A DNA stretch of 64,000 nt from a virus (IMGVR_UViG_2933096044_000001:1-64000), one strand, 5' to 3'. Numbered from the stretch's first letter, positions 28,157 to 38,505 are shown. The notes: generated by a model from the letters alone, not told the origin. Made by a program: numbers and translations.

Positions 28157-30898
28157 TTAGTGGCGGTGGGTCCAGAAGTAGTAAGCCTTGGATGATGTGG
28201 TGGTGGTCTTCACCGTGAACCCGAGCTGGGTGGAGTAGACGAGGCACCAGTTGGCATTCGGGTTGAAACTCGGCTGGCTGTTGGAGTTGCCCGCGGCGCC
28301 GTCCCTCATAGTCACGACGGGCCCCATGTTTCCGGTCATCTCCGCGCCGTAGGAGAAGGTCCCGAACTGGGTACCGCTGCCGAGGCTGATGGAGCCGGCG
28401 AAGATGCCCGCGGTGTTGCCGAGGACGGTGTAGTCCCACCAGCGGCCGATGTGTCTGGTCCGGCCGGTGTTGTCGAACCAGAAGTACTGTTCGCGGTCGG
28501 CGCTGCGGAAGTACCCGTACCTTGCGTAGCCTTCCGCGATTTCCATGAGTCCCCCGTTGGGGGTGGACAGGCCCGCGTCCAACACCTGCATCTGCATGAA
28601 GCCTGCAGCGATCGTAGTTTGGCTGGCGGCGGTCGCGCCGGAGTTGGTGCCCGACGTGATCTCGAACGTGGCCTCGCCCGTGAATCGGTCGTCCCTGGTC
28701 CGGAGCCGGGTGTAGTTGGTGCCGGCCCCGCTCGGGATGAATCTCATCTCGGGGTACGCCGCACCGGGCGGGGCGAACTCCAGGCGGCGGCCGGTCGAGG
28801 CCGTTCTGATGTGAGCGCCCGTGATGGTCTTGCCGTCGATCGCCGTGGCGGTCAGCCGTGTCGCGTCCACGGAGCCGGCCGCGAGCTTGTCCAGCGTGAC
28901 CGCGTTGGCACGAAGGTGGCCGGTGTCGATCGCGTTGGCCTGGACGAGATTGCCAGTGACCGTATTCGCGATCACCGCGTCGGCCGCGTTCACGGTTCCG
29001 TCCACGATGTTCGCCCCGGAGATGACCTTTCCAATGAGGTCGGTGTCTACCAGCGGCTGCGTCGCGATGCTCGCCGAGCTCGACGGCGCCGACTCGTTCC
29101 CTCGGCGGTCCACGCTGGTGAAGCGGAACCACCGCGGCGTGTTGTACGGCTGGTCCGCCACCAGCGCGGCCCCGGCCGCCCGCAGGTGGTCCACCACCTC
29201 GAACGGGCCGTCCTCGGCCGCCGCCATGTGCACGCGCACCAGCTCGAAGTCCGACGGCATACCGCCGCCGTTCTGGCCCAGGCCGTCCCAGTCGACCTCG
29301 ATCACGCCGAGCCGCGTGGTGAGCGCCGGCGTGCTCGGCACCGGGGGCGGGGTCGTGTCGTCCTCGATCAGCGCCACCACGGGATCGCTGAACTCGCCCT
29401 TGGTGCCCTGCGCGACCGCGCGTACCTTGAAGGCGTACGTCGTGGCCACCACCAGCGGCGAGTACGTCGCTGCGGTGTCGTCGCTGCTGGCGATCAACCG
29501 CCACGGCTCTGCCGCCTGATTGACGCGGGCGTACAGCTCGTAGTTGTCCGGGTCGATGGCGACGCCGTTCACGTCCTGGGTGACGGGTGACCACGTCGCA
29601 GTGATCTGCCCCCGCGCGTACCCGTACTCATCCACGTACGCGGCGTCGTCGATGAGCAGGCCGAGAGGCTTCGTCGCCACTCGGCCACCCGGCTGCTCGG
29701 GTGCAGGCTCGCCTCCGTCGCCACCGGAGCCGACGCCTCCCGCGAGGATGCCGGCCGCCCGGCGCGCGAGCTTGAGCTCGCGCTCCAGAAAGCGATCGTT
29801 CAAGGTCACGTTGCCGGATGGCGTGCCGTCCTTATCCATCGCGAGCGTGATCTGCCGCAACCGTAGCGACGTCATCTGGCCGCCAGGACCGGGCGCGAGA
29901 ACATGATCGCCCGGACGGTAGTGCTCGAACGGCAACCACCGCGCGATCTCGAACCGGATCCCGCGAGTGAGCTGCGCACGCTCCCGCGAGGCGCGCTGCA
30001 GCGCGTTGTTCCCAAGGAGGATCGCCGTTCCCTGGTCGGACACGCCGCCTTGACTCTGACTGGTCTCCCATCGACCCCACGGCGTGTATGCGTCGGGGTT
30101 GGTCACCTCGACCATGAGCCCCTGCTCACCCCGGACGAGGATCGCTGACGCGATGTCCTCCAGGGTCGCGCTGTCGGGCGCCTCATCGATGTCACGGCCC
30201 ATCCGCAGGTCTACAGGGGCGCTGCCGCTGGCCAGGTCATGGCCGAGCACCGTGCCCTCGTTGTAGACGCACAGCTCCCGGCCTCGCATTGTCCAATCCA
30301 GGACCCCCTGCTCAGCCAAATTGATCAACAACGTGAGCAGATCGACGCCGGGCTCCAGCTCCAGGGTAAGAAGCTTGTCCTCATCCCACGGCTGGCCCGC
30401 GCTGTCACGCGTCGTGGAGAACTTGGCATCCAGGTGGGTGAGCGTGCCGCGGTTCACACCCTCATCTATGAGCGTCCGCAGGATCGCCCCCGCGCTCACC
30501 GCCGAGAATGGCCTCTTGCCGTCCGCCATGACCGGACCTGCATACATGATCAGCTTGCGGAGCTGCCACGACCAGGCCGGGCACTCGTACGTGCGCGTAC
30601 CGCTGAGGCCGGACATGTCGGCGCCACGCTTAATCCGCAGGAACCGGCCCCCGTCTGGTTCCTGCCACTGACCGCCGTCGATCGCGTACTCGACCGCGAT
30701 CTCCGCTGGGGTCTCCAACCACTCAGCGCCGACGCCAGCGGCCGGGTAGGTCAGCTTCAGGCTCGGCACGTCATTGAGAGGCGTGCCGACCTCGAAGCCG
30801 AGATGATGCGGCAATACCCCCAGCCGGTCGCCGTTCGGCTCGTACGCCACCAAGCGCAGCGCGTACCGCTGCGGCTGGCCAGGAATGATGACCTGCAC
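28157..30898 (-). CDS. minor tail / baseplate hub protein with FN3 domains and C-terminal fibre
   Basis: Position after Dit; YAFKVRAV FN3 motif; ITGAHIRT-type repeats. Confidence 0.85.
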   Translation of the reverse strand: MQVIIPGQPQRYALRLVAYEPNGDRLGVLPHHLGFEVGTPLNDVPSLKLTYPAAGVGAEWLETPAEIAVEYAIDGGQWQEPDGGRFLRIKRGADMSGLSGTRTYECPAWSWQLRKLIMYAGPVMADGKRPFSAVSAGAILRTLIDEGVNRGTLTHLDAKFSTTRDSAGQPWDEDKLLTLELEPGVDLLTLLINLAEQGVLDWTMRGRELCVYNEGTVLGHDLASGSAPVDLRMGRDIDEAPDSATLEDIASAILVRGEQGLMVEVTNPDAYTPWGRWETSQSQGGVSDQGTAILLGNNALQRASRERAQLTRGIRFEIARWLPFEHYRPGDHVLAPGPGGQMTSLRLRQITLAMDKDGTPSGNVTLNDRFLERELKLARRAAGILAGGVGSGGDGGEPAPEQPGGRVATKPLGLLIDDAAYVDEYGYARGQITATWSPVTQDVNGVAIDPDNYELYARVNQAAEPWRLIASSDDTAATYSPLVVATTYAFKVRAVAQGTKGEFSDPVVALIEDDTTPPPVPSTPALTTRLGVIEVDWDGLGQNGGGMPSDFELVRVHMAAAEDGPFEVVDHLRAAGAALVADQPYNTPRWFRFTSVDRRGNESAPSSSASIATQPLVDTDLIGKVISGANIVDGTVNAADAVIANTVTGNLVQANAIDTGHLRANAVTLDKLAAGSVDATRLTATAIDGKTITGAHIRTASTGRRLEFAPPGAAYPEMRFIPSGAGTNYTRLRTRDDRFTGEATFEITSGTNSGATAASQTTIAAGFMQMQVLDAGLSTPNGGLMEIAEGYARYGYFRSADREQYFWFDNTGRTRHIGRWWDYTVLGNTAGIFAGSISLGSGTQFGTFSYGAEMTGNMGPVVTMRDGAAGNSNSQPSFNPNANWCLVYSTQLGFTVKTTTTSSKAYYFWTHRH

Positions 30899-30911
30899 TT
30901 CTCCCCCGTGC

Positions 30912-32054
30912 TTAGGGCCGGGCGGCCAGCGCGGCGATCTGCCGCACCATCCGCAACTGGTTGTCCTCTCGGCGGTCAGCCAAGATCAGGTTCCCGGCGA
31001 CCACTCCGCCCGCCGACCTGGTGAGAGTGACCTGTCGCACGCGCATCGGCGTCAGCTCGCCGCCATCTCCCGGGGCGAGAACCATGTCGCCCGCCCGGTA
31101 ATCACGTAGGGGCAGGTGTCGTGCCTGGTACATGGTGATTTCGCGGGTTCGCTGCACGCTCGGCCGCGCCCCGCGCAGCACCGTCACCGTGCCGATGTTG
31201 TTCGCTGACGTCGTCGAGGTGATACCGACCTCGCGGACACCTGCCTCCCACCGCCCCCAAGGCAGCGAAGCACCGACGTTGACGGCCTCCTGGCGGATGT
31301 TGTTGTCCCCCACCACGTACGCGGCCGACGCCAGGTCCTCCAAAGTGACGAGGTCCGGTGCGGCGGTCACATCTCGGCCGGCCCGCAGGATGACAGGGGA
31401 ACTTCCCGTCGAGAGGTCGCGCAGCGCCCCAGTTCCGGGGTTCCACCCGGAGAGCTGTCGTGCACCCGTCATCCGGAAGTCGAGCAGCCCGTAGGAGACG
31501 AGCCGCAGCAGGAGCGCGAGCAGGTCTGTGCCAAGCGGTACGCCCATCGCCATCGGATTGGCCCACGGGGCTCCGGAAGAATCGGTGGACGCGTTGAAGG
31601 TCCACGTCAGGCCCGAGACGGCGCCGCGGGTCTGCGCTTCGGCCAGCAGGGTTTGCATGATGAATCCAGACGTAGCCGCCGCGCTGAACACGCGGTTGCC
31701 GTTCGTGGGCTCAATCGAACTGCTGGCGTACGTGACGGCCTTCTGCAACGTCCACAAGTAGCCGGGGCAGTCAAACTGCCACATCCCAGCCTGGTCAATT
31801 TGGTCGCCTTGCCGCTGGATCAGCAGGAACCGGCCCTCGGAAAACTCGAACCACGTGTTGCCGTCCGAGGACCACTGCAAGCCGATCTCGCAAGGCGTCG
31901 CTATCAGGTCGGCACCGGGCGCGTGCATGCTGTAGCTGAACTTCAGCGACGGGATGTCGTTGAAGGGAAACGCCATTTGGATGTGCAGCGGGTGAGCGAG
32001 CAGGCCGCGCCGAGCACCGTTCGGGTCATAGGCAATGAGCCGGAGGTCAAACAT
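30912..32054 (-). CDS. truncated paralog of the tail hub protein (N-terminal ~380 aa only)
   Basis: Colinear similarity to 28157-30898 (LRLxAYxPNG, NDxPSLK, TLEDxASA, PWGRWE, RQxTL); GGAGGT RBS. Confidence 0.85.
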   Translation of the reverse strand: MFDLRLIAYDPNGARRGLLAHPLHIQMAFPFNDIPSLKFSYSMHAPGADLIATPCEIGLQWSSDGNTWFEFSEGRFLLIQRQGDQIDQAGMWQFDCPGYLWTLQKAVTYASSSIEPTNGNRVFSAAATSGFIMQTLLAEAQTRGAVSGLTWTFNASTDSSGAPWANPMAMGVPLGTDLLALLLRLVSYGLLDFRMTGARQLSGWNPGTGALRDLSTGSSPVILRAGRDVTAAPDLVTLEDLASAAYVVGDNNIRQEAVNVGASLPWGRWEAGVREVGITSTTSANNIGTVTVLRGARPSVQRTREITMYQARHLPLRDYRAGDMVLAPGDGGELTPMRVRQVTLTRSAGGVVAGNLILADRREDNQLRMVRQIAALAARP

Positions 32055-32350
32055 GAAACCTCCCACATAACACCGATACAACACAGACCGTGTAAACAAC
32101 GCAACTTGATGCCCTTTGAGCAATTTAGGTTGCATGAGATCATGATGCGAATTACAGACCTCTTCGCCACCCGCTTAGTGGCGGACCGAAACTATGCTGC
32201 TGCTGTGTCCTGCACAAGCCCCTCAGTAATATGCAAGGCATGCCGTGGAGCAATTCCCTGGTCGGTCAGCGACCATATGGGTTGACCGACACGGCCCCGG
32301 GGTCACCCAACCCAAAGGGAACCGGATCGGGGTCGAGACAGGAGAGGCAG

Positions 32351-32458
32351 TTGCACGGCAAGGGAGAGGCGCCTGACGACAGACAAGAACAGCTGCTATT
32401 ACTGCAGCTCGTCCTGATGCTGCTCGACTGGTACCTCAAGCAGCGGGGGCTCGGCTAG
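32351..32458 (+). CDS. 35-aa hydrophobic peptide (type I toxin-like, copy 1)
   Basis: AGGAGAGG RBS, TTG start, MHGKGEAPDDRQEQLLLLQLVLMLLDWYLKQRGLG; homolog at 58575. Confidence 0.65.
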   Translation: MHGKGEAPDDRQEQLLLLQLVLMLLDWYLKQRGLG

Positions 32459-32529
32459 CCGTACGGCCGACCGAGCCCCTAGGCGGGCCCCGGATCTAGG
32501 TGATAGCCGAACCGGAGCCTTCTGCAGCG

Positions 32530-32563
32530 ATCGCGGCTGTTTGTGGCAACAAACAGCCGCGAT
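32530..32563. terminator. perfect 15-bp hairpin
   Basis: atcgcggctgtttgt-ggca-acaaacagccgcgat. Confidence 0.65.
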
Positions 32564-32775
32564 TTCATCTTACTAATCTCTCCCTGTTCGGGAAACGGGC
32601 ATCGTTGGCAGTACGACTTGCAGGTCGCTGCCACACCCCTTCCAACCGCCGACCATGCCGGTACGGTTTGGGCTACGCCAAACTGCCCGAAGGATCTTGC
32701 TCGGGATGCTGATGTGGAGGCGTCTGCTCGTCAAACGGCTCGAAAGTCGTCGTCAGCGTGGACCCTTGCCGGGGG

Positions 32776-33657
32776 TCATAGATACGAGCGGCGAGCCCGG
32801 ACTTCGAGTCCAGACGCCGCGGTGGTGCCGGTGGCGGTGCACGAGACGAGTACCGCGCGGCTGAACGGATCTTGTACGGCCATCACTGGGGTGAGGTGAA
32901 TCCACCGGTTCGCCGAGCCCGGCCCAAACACGCTGATCGCTCCAGTCCGATCGGTTCCTACGGCTACATCCCAGGTGTCCGTGGTGACCATCGCGGCCCG
33001 CATAGCGATCGCGTCGATCAGGAGCCGCTGACCGGCCGTCAGCGTGTTCGAGCCCGAGGTGAGAAGACCAACGCTGCCTCCGCTGGCCACGTCCCGCACG
33101 GTGATGTTCGTGGCCGGCCCGGTGACGCGGATCAGCGCGTCCGTGATCGGCGCGGTGCTTCCGGCGAGCGTGGTCACCACCTGGTCGGTAGCGTTTGCCG
33201 ATCCCGCCCAGGTGGTGACTGTCTCGTCTCTCCAGTACGCGCCCGGTACCTCGACGACCACCGTTAGCCGGGCGCGGGCCGCCCCCACGGTGATCTCGGG
33301 GTCCGTCGCGGCCGTGACGGTCACGTCCGCGACCCGGACGATCGGGCCTGCTTGGTAGCGCAGGCTCATGAGCCGGTTGCGCACTCCGAGCAGCGCCGTC
33401 AGCGCCTCCAGGTTGGTCTCCATCTGCGGGTAGCCGCCGTCCGTCCCAGCCGGAGTCGCGCCCGTCACCACGAACGTCAGCGAGAACGACGTCGCCTCGT
33501 GGTCGAGCCCGACGATCGGCAGCTCACCGGCACGACCGGTGACCGAGACGCGGACCGCGCGGGCACCCGGAAGTGGACGACGCTGTGTGCCCCGCTTGAG
33601 CCTCCAGCAGCCGGCCGGGTGATCCAGCCCAACCCCGTCCAAAGTGTACGACGGCAC
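32776..33657 (-). CDS. distal tail protein (Dit-like)
   Basis: Immediately after the tape measure gene; AGSTAPITDALIRVTGP. Confidence 0.75.
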   Translation of the reverse strand: MPSYTLDGVGLDHPAGCWRLKRGTQRRPLPGARAVRVSVTGRAGELPIVGLDHEATSFSLTFVVTGATPAGTDGGYPQMETNLEALTALLGVRNRLMSLRYQAGPIVRVADVTVTAATDPEITVGAARARLTVVVEVPGAYWRDETVTTWAGSANATDQVVTTLAGSTAPITDALIRVTGPATNITVRDVASGGSVGLLTSGSNTLTAGQRLLIDAIAMRAAMVTTDTWDVAVGTDRTGAISVFGPGSANRWIHLTPVMAVQDPFSRAVLVSCTATGTTAASGLEVRARRSYL

Positions 33658-33658
33658 G

Positions 33659-36028
33659 TCAGATCACCCCCAGGGCACCCGCGAGCTGCAAACCCCTGTT
33701 GACGGACGTCGAGGTGGGCTCTGCCTGCGGGTAGTAGTTGGTTTGATGGATCACCGTCCGCGAGTTGGCCGAGCCGCCAGAGAGACCGTTCGGGACATCG
33801 ATCCCTGGCGACAGGGTCGGCATCGTCGTACTGGCAGCCATCGCGGCCACCTTCCGCAGCGACGACGTGACCATGCCCGCGCCCTGGTTGATGCCCTTGG
33901 CCATGCCAGCGGGGACCATGCGGCCGATCCAGGCGAAGACCTTGCTCGGCGAGTTGATCCCGAGTGCCTTCTTCGCCGAGTTGACAATGTTCGCGAAGAA
34001 GCCGGACACCTTGCTGTAGAGACTGCTGGCCAGCGACTGGAGTTTGTTCCAGAAGCCGTCAACGACGCTCTGGGCAATGCCTGACATGGTCGGCCCGATG
34101 GAGGACACGGCATTTTTGATCTTGCCGGGAAGATCACGGAACCAGCCCACGAGCGTCGTCCCGATCCATCGGCCGATCCCGTTGACCATGTCGGGGATCA
34201 CGCTGTGACCGACCAAGGTGTTGTACATCCACCGGAAGACCTGGACTCCGGCCTCGATGGCGGGCTTGATCTGCGCGACGATCTGCGCCACCTTGGCGCC
34301 CATCTGCACGAAGGCAGCTCCGAGCTCGGTGACGATCGGGATGATCGGGACGACGGCAGGCAGGATGTCCTTGATCGCCATGACGAGCAAATCGGTCAAA
34401 AGCGGAATAAGCGGATTTACGGCATTGATCAGTTCAACAAAGGCAGGAACTAGCCCATTTAGCAACGAAGGGATCAGTTGCAAGATCGGCGGGAGCAAAG
34501 ATTGTACGATTGCGCCCAAAATATGCCCAAAAGCTGCATAAATGGGCTGCATCGCGGGGCCGAGTTGGGCAAAAGCGGACGAAATTGACATCAGGGCGGG
34601 CTGCAGGGCGCTCGACAAAGCAGCGATCACTGGACCGAGCGCAGCCGAGAGATTACTCAATGCAATGCCGAGGACTTGGCCTACGATGCCCGCCAACTGC
34701 GCGACCACAGGCAGCAGCGGAGCGACCGCAGCGAGGGCCGCCGAGAGCCCCTGACCGAGCATGAGCAGCCCGGACTGCAGCTCGGGACTTGCGAACGCTT
34801 GTGCGAGCATCTGCGCGACCAGGGTTAGCCCAGGACCCAGGGCCGCCAAGGCCGGCCCGAGGGCCGACACCGCCGCAGCGATACCTGGGCCCAGCGCGGT
34901 CGCGATGTTGGCGATGTGCGGCGCTACCTGCGCCAACGCACCGCCCAGCGCCTTGAAGATCGGCATCAGAGCGCCACCGACCTGCGACAGCGCCTGGAAG
35001 ATCGCGACGAGCGCCTTCTGCCCCTCGGCGCTGGCCAGGAAGGCGTTGAGCTGCGAAAGGATCTGGCCGAGCACGCCCAGCGCGTTCGATCCGCCAGTGG
35101 ACATCGCGGCGAAGATCGACTTGACGATGCCGATCACGTCGCCGCCGATCTGCCCGAGCTGGCGGAAGACGTCCAGGGCGCCCTGCATCCAGGCCAGGGC
35201 CTTGCCGGACGCCGCGGCGTTCGACAGGAACTCGCCGAAGCGCTGAGCCGCGCTGCCGATCCCAGGGGCGAGCCCAGACGCGAAGGACGCGCCCACGACC
35301 GCGACGTCACGGAGCCCGGCCAGCAACGGCTGAATCGCGGGCTGGACGGCCGCGACCGCTGATCGCAGCGAGCCGAAGATCGACGTCACGGCCGATGCGC
35401 TGGCTGCCGACGCCGCGAACCGCGCGGCCTCCCCCGCGCCGAGACCGAACTCCCGCGCCACGCCGGACATACCCGCCCGAAGGGGGCCAGCCAGGGCCGC
35501 CGCCGCAGCGGTGATGTGGCCTGCCAGCGGCTGGAAGAAGGCGTCCTGAACCGACGACTTGAGCGCGTCGACCACTGGCTTGACGGCTCGCAGTTCCAAG
35601 GCCGCAGACCGCGCCGCAGGTGACAGCCCTGCGATCGACTCGGCGAACTTCTCCGGGTCGTCGCCGAGCGCGGCCGAGAAAGCCTCGCCGACCCCTGACA
35701 GCGCGACCTTCAGCGTGGCCAAGGCCCCCGCTCCGAGCGCGAGCACGCCGGGCAGAGCCGCGACGATGCCCGCCGCAGGAGCGAGCGCGGCCACGAACGC
35801 GATGCCGCCCTGAGCTGCAACCGCGAGCCCACCGGCCGCCACCGAGCCGGCCAGCGCCATCGCGGTCAAGCGGGCGCTCATCGCGGCCGTGTTCGCCGCG
35901 ACCGTTCCCAGACTGGTGCGGGACTTCTTGGCCGCCTGGTCAAGATCGTTGTGAAACTGCTTGAGCTCTGGCCGCGACCGGTTCCGGACGAAGATCGTGG
36001 CGAAGAGTTCGCCCACGTTGAGGCCCAT
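33659..36028 (-). CDS. tail tape measure protein
   Basis: Start MGLNVGEL; Ala/Leu-rich helical repeats; ALGINSPSKVF. Confidence 0.92.
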   Translation of the reverse strand: MGLNVGELFATIFVRNRSRPELKQFHNDLDQAAKKSRTSLGTVAANTAAMSARLTAMALAGSVAAGGLAVAAQGGIAFVAALAPAAGIVAALPGVLALGAGALATLKVALSGVGEAFSAALGDDPEKFAESIAGLSPAARSAALELRAVKPVVDALKSSVQDAFFQPLAGHITAAAAALAGPLRAGMSGVAREFGLGAGEAARFAASAASASAVTSIFGSLRSAVAAVQPAIQPLLAGLRDVAVVGASFASGLAPGIGSAAQRFGEFLSNAAASGKALAWMQGALDVFRQLGQIGGDVIGIVKSIFAAMSTGGSNALGVLGQILSQLNAFLASAEGQKALVAIFQALSQVGGALMPIFKALGGALAQVAPHIANIATALGPGIAAAVSALGPALAALGPGLTLVAQMLAQAFASPELQSGLLMLGQGLSAALAAVAPLLPVVAQLAGIVGQVLGIALSNLSAALGPVIAALSSALQPALMSISSAFAQLGPAMQPIYAAFGHILGAIVQSLLPPILQLIPSLLNGLVPAFVELINAVNPLIPLLTDLLVMAIKDILPAVVPIIPIVTELGAAFVQMGAKVAQIVAQIKPAIEAGVQVFRWMYNTLVGHSVIPDMVNGIGRWIGTTLVGWFRDLPGKIKNAVSSIGPTMSGIAQSVVDGFWNKLQSLASSLYSKVSGFFANIVNSAKKALGINSPSKVFAWIGRMVPAGMAKGINQGAGMVTSSLRKVAAMAASTTMPTLSPGIDVPNGLSGGSANSRTVIHQTNYYPQAEPTSTSVNRGLQLAGALGVI

Positions 36029-36080
36029 GAGCCACCTCTCGGGAGTCGAGATCAAGTGCAGGGCGAGAGGAAGCGATCGC

Positions 36081-36100
36081 CGCCAGCGGTAGCGCTGGCG
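36081..36100. promoter_or_regulatory. palindromic element copy 2 (cgccagcg-gtag-cgctggcg)
   Basis: Perfect palindromic arms, intergenic upstream of the tape measure gene. Confidence 0.7.
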
Positions 36101-36101
36101 A

Positions 36102-36793
36102 TTACCGTCGTTTGCGGCGGACAGCAGGTTCATCGCCCGGGTCCAGCGCCCGCGCGATCCGCGTGTCAGCGGTCAGCAGGCCCACAACGCGGGCCTGCAA
36201 CCACCGCCACGACCGGCGCTGGAGGAGGTGGGGCTCGTCGAGGTCAATCGCGTATTCGCTGTGAAGATCTGCCTCGACGAGCCCCCACCTGGTCAGGAGG
36301 TCTTGCCACGTGACCCGGCGGCCGTGCGTCGAGAGGCCGTCGTCTTCGTACCAGTCGCGGAGCCCCGAGGTCGGGTCGATTTCGCCGCCGTAGCTTCCGT
36401 CGTCGGGGCTTCCGCTTCCCCCTCCGGGCCTGACTCCCAGTGCTTGGCCGCGGCCTCGAGGCCGGCCGCGACCCAGATCAGCGCTGTCTGCCCGACGTGC
36501 TGAATCGCTGGCCACGACACCTTGTCGGCGAGCAGCTCGTCCCAGACCGTGCCCAGGATGGTCTGGTAGAGGTCCTTCTCCTGCTCGTCGTCCAGGACGA
36601 GCTGGGCCAACTCGTTCAGGCCGTTCTCGTCCACCGCCTGCCCTGCTTGTGCGGCGATGCTGGCCTGCATGAGTCGCTGACACAGCAGGCCCACCTCGGC
36701 TGACGGCGGCGGGACGACGTATGTCTTCCCGCTGACCGGCAACTTCAGGGTGGGGTCGAAGAACTCGTCGAGGTCCTTGAATGCCGCCGCCAT
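36102..36793 (-). CDS. tail assembly chaperone (short form 36293-36793; -1 frameshifted long form ends at 36102)
   Basis: Two overlapping ORFs before the tape measure gene; slippery GGGGGAA at 36416-36422, frames consistent with -1. Confidence 0.85.
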
Positions 36794-37266
36794 CAGGGCG
36801 TCACCAGCGGGTTATCGATCTCCTCCGGAGCGCCCTGGCCGAGCAGAGTGAAGCTGAAGGGCTCCAGATCCGTGGTCTCGCCGCCCTCGGTGTACTCGGT
36901 GACCGTGCAAACGCCCTGGTAGGCGTCGGGCGCTCCATCTCGACGGAACCACCTGACGCGGATATTGGCGTTGAAGCCGACGATCTGCGAGGCCCTGCGG
37001 ATCTTCTCCTGCCCGGGGTCCGGCGTGAACACGGGGTCGTCGGTGCGCTTGCGGCGCCCCTCGGCCTCGATCTGCCACGTCCGCCCGGTGACGACGGAGC
37101 TGCCGTAGCCCTCCTCGTCGTCGAAATCGCCGTCTTCCTCGGTGTTGTCATCACTCGACCGCTCGAAGCTGGTCAGACCCTTGACCGGGGTCCAGATCGG
37201 ATCAGCCGCGCCGGGCGCGGAAGTGTCCACGTCCAGCCGCCAGTCACGCGCGAGAAGGCTTCGCAT
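36793..37266 (-). CDS. major tail tube protein
   Basis: DPGQEKIR, VRWFRRDG, FSFTLLGQG; position. Confidence 0.85.
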   Translation of the reverse strand: MRSLLARDWRLDVDTSAPGAADPIWTPVKGLTSFERSSDDNTEEDGDFDDEEGYGSSVVTGRTWQIEAEGRRKRTDDPVFTPDPGQEKIRRASQIVGFNANIRVRWFRRDGAPDAYQGVCTVTEYTEGGETTDLEPFSFTLLGQGAPEEIDNPLVTP

Positions 37267-37342
37267 GATCGTCTCTCCTTCGGTGCATGCGAAAGCGCCG
37301 CCCCGCTGCTGCGGGACGGCGCGAAAGGGAAAGGGAAGAGAG

Positions 37343-37795
37343 CTAGTCGCGGTGCGGCGTCGGCCAGACCACCATCAGCTCGTAGCTGTCCGGCCGCTCC
37401 CACCGGCCGGAAGAGTCACGGCCCAGCACGGCCACGATCGTTCGCCGGATCAGCAGCACGACCACGCCCGTGGACAGCGTGAGATTCGACCGGCCGTGCA
37501 GCGTCGCGAACACCGCGTCGGCGTAGTCGCCTGCCATGCGCGGATCCGACGCCGTGCGTGCCCGGACCTGCACCAGCACCGTCGAATCCGACTGCTCGGG
37601 ATCGTCGCCACCGGTGCCGGTGCCGTAGATCGCCAGCGAGATCGCCTCGTCCGGCTTACTCGGCAGACCGCCGAGCGTGATGGCCCGCTGGGACGCGGTG
37701 TAGGCGCCCACCGGGTCCCAGTCGCCGACGCCGGCCTCGGCTAGCAGCACCGATAGGCCGGTGAGCAGGTCGCGCGAGAAGGTCTCGGCACTCAT
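37343..37795 (-). CDS. tail terminator / minor capsid-type protein
   Basis: VQVRART, LGRDSSGRWERPDSY. Confidence 0.75.
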   Translation of the reverse strand: MSAETFSRDLLTGLSVLLAEAGVGDWDPVGAYTASQRAITLGGLPSKPDEAISLAIYGTGTGGDDPEQSDSTVLVQVRARTASDPRMAGDYADAVFATLHGRSNLTLSTGVVVLLIRRTIVAVLGRDSSGRWERPDSYELMVVWPTPHRD

Positions 37796-38193
37796 CCGCG
37801 CAATGCCCTCTCGATCTGCGTACCGATGATCTTGTGGACGGTGTCGACCTCGGCGCGGAGCGTCTTCTCCAGCCACTTCGGCTCGCCCTGGATGGGGTGC
37901 TCCCAGGTGGTCTCTTCGTGCTGCCGGGCGGCATAGGCGATGTCGTAGCCGAGAGCCGCCTTGAGCTTGCCCGTGTCCACGGCGATCGAGCCCGGCCGCT
38001 CACGCGGGTCGCCGGACCTCTGCAGGTCTCCGGTACGCCAGGGGGTACGGGGAGCCGCCTCGGTCAGGACGTGCTCCGACGCCAGATACACACCGCGGGC
38101 TGCGGCCTCGTTCAGCTCGTGCTCGATGATGTCCGGCCCCATCTTGAGGTCGAGTCGCACATCCACCTTGATCCGTGCGTTGGCCTTAGCCAT
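37792..38193 (-). CDS. neck protein (HK97 gp10-like)
   Basis: TPWRTGDLQRS, YAARQHE, PKWLE. Confidence 0.75.
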   Translation of the reverse strand: MAKANARIKVDVRLDLKMGPDIIEHELNEAAARGVYLASEHVLTEAAPRTPWRTGDLQRSGDPRERPGSIAVDTGKLKAALGYDIAYAARQHEETTWEHPIQGEPKWLEKTLRAEVDTVHKIIGTQIERALRG

Positions 38194-38501
38194 CAGCGGC
38201 ACACCACCTCAACGTGATCAGGGGTCGGCAGGCCGCCGCCGTCGCGGGAGTAGCTGGCGATGACGGTGGTGACTCGGCTGTTGACGGTCACTCGCGACCC
38301 TTCGGGGCACTGGACCCCAGGGCGAAAGAAGATCGTCGTGTCGGAAACCGTCTCGGCGCCCTGTGCGTCCCTCACAAGCCGCCGCTCATCATCGACGAGG
38401 CACTGCTCCGTCACTGGCGGGCCGTAGAGCGGCCCGTACGCGCCATCTCCGAGAAACGGCTCGATCTGTGCCTGATGCCTGAGCAGCCAGTCAGGAAGCA
38501 C
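38193..38501 (-). CDS. head closure / stopper protein
   Basis: GAYGPLYG, RRLVRDAQGAETVS. Confidence 0.75.
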   Translation of the reverse strand: MLPDWLLRHQAQIEPFLGDGAYGPLYGPPVTEQCLVDDERRLVRDAQGAETVSDTTIFFRPGVQCPEGSRVTVNSRVTTVIASYSRDGGGLPTPDHVEVVCR

Positions 38502-38505
38502 GCGA

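Noticed and set aside
28157-32054. Diversity-generating retroelement or tail shufflon
   Set aside because: No reverse transcriptase, no adenine-specific TR/VR pair, no inverted cassettes; similarity is at protein level only.
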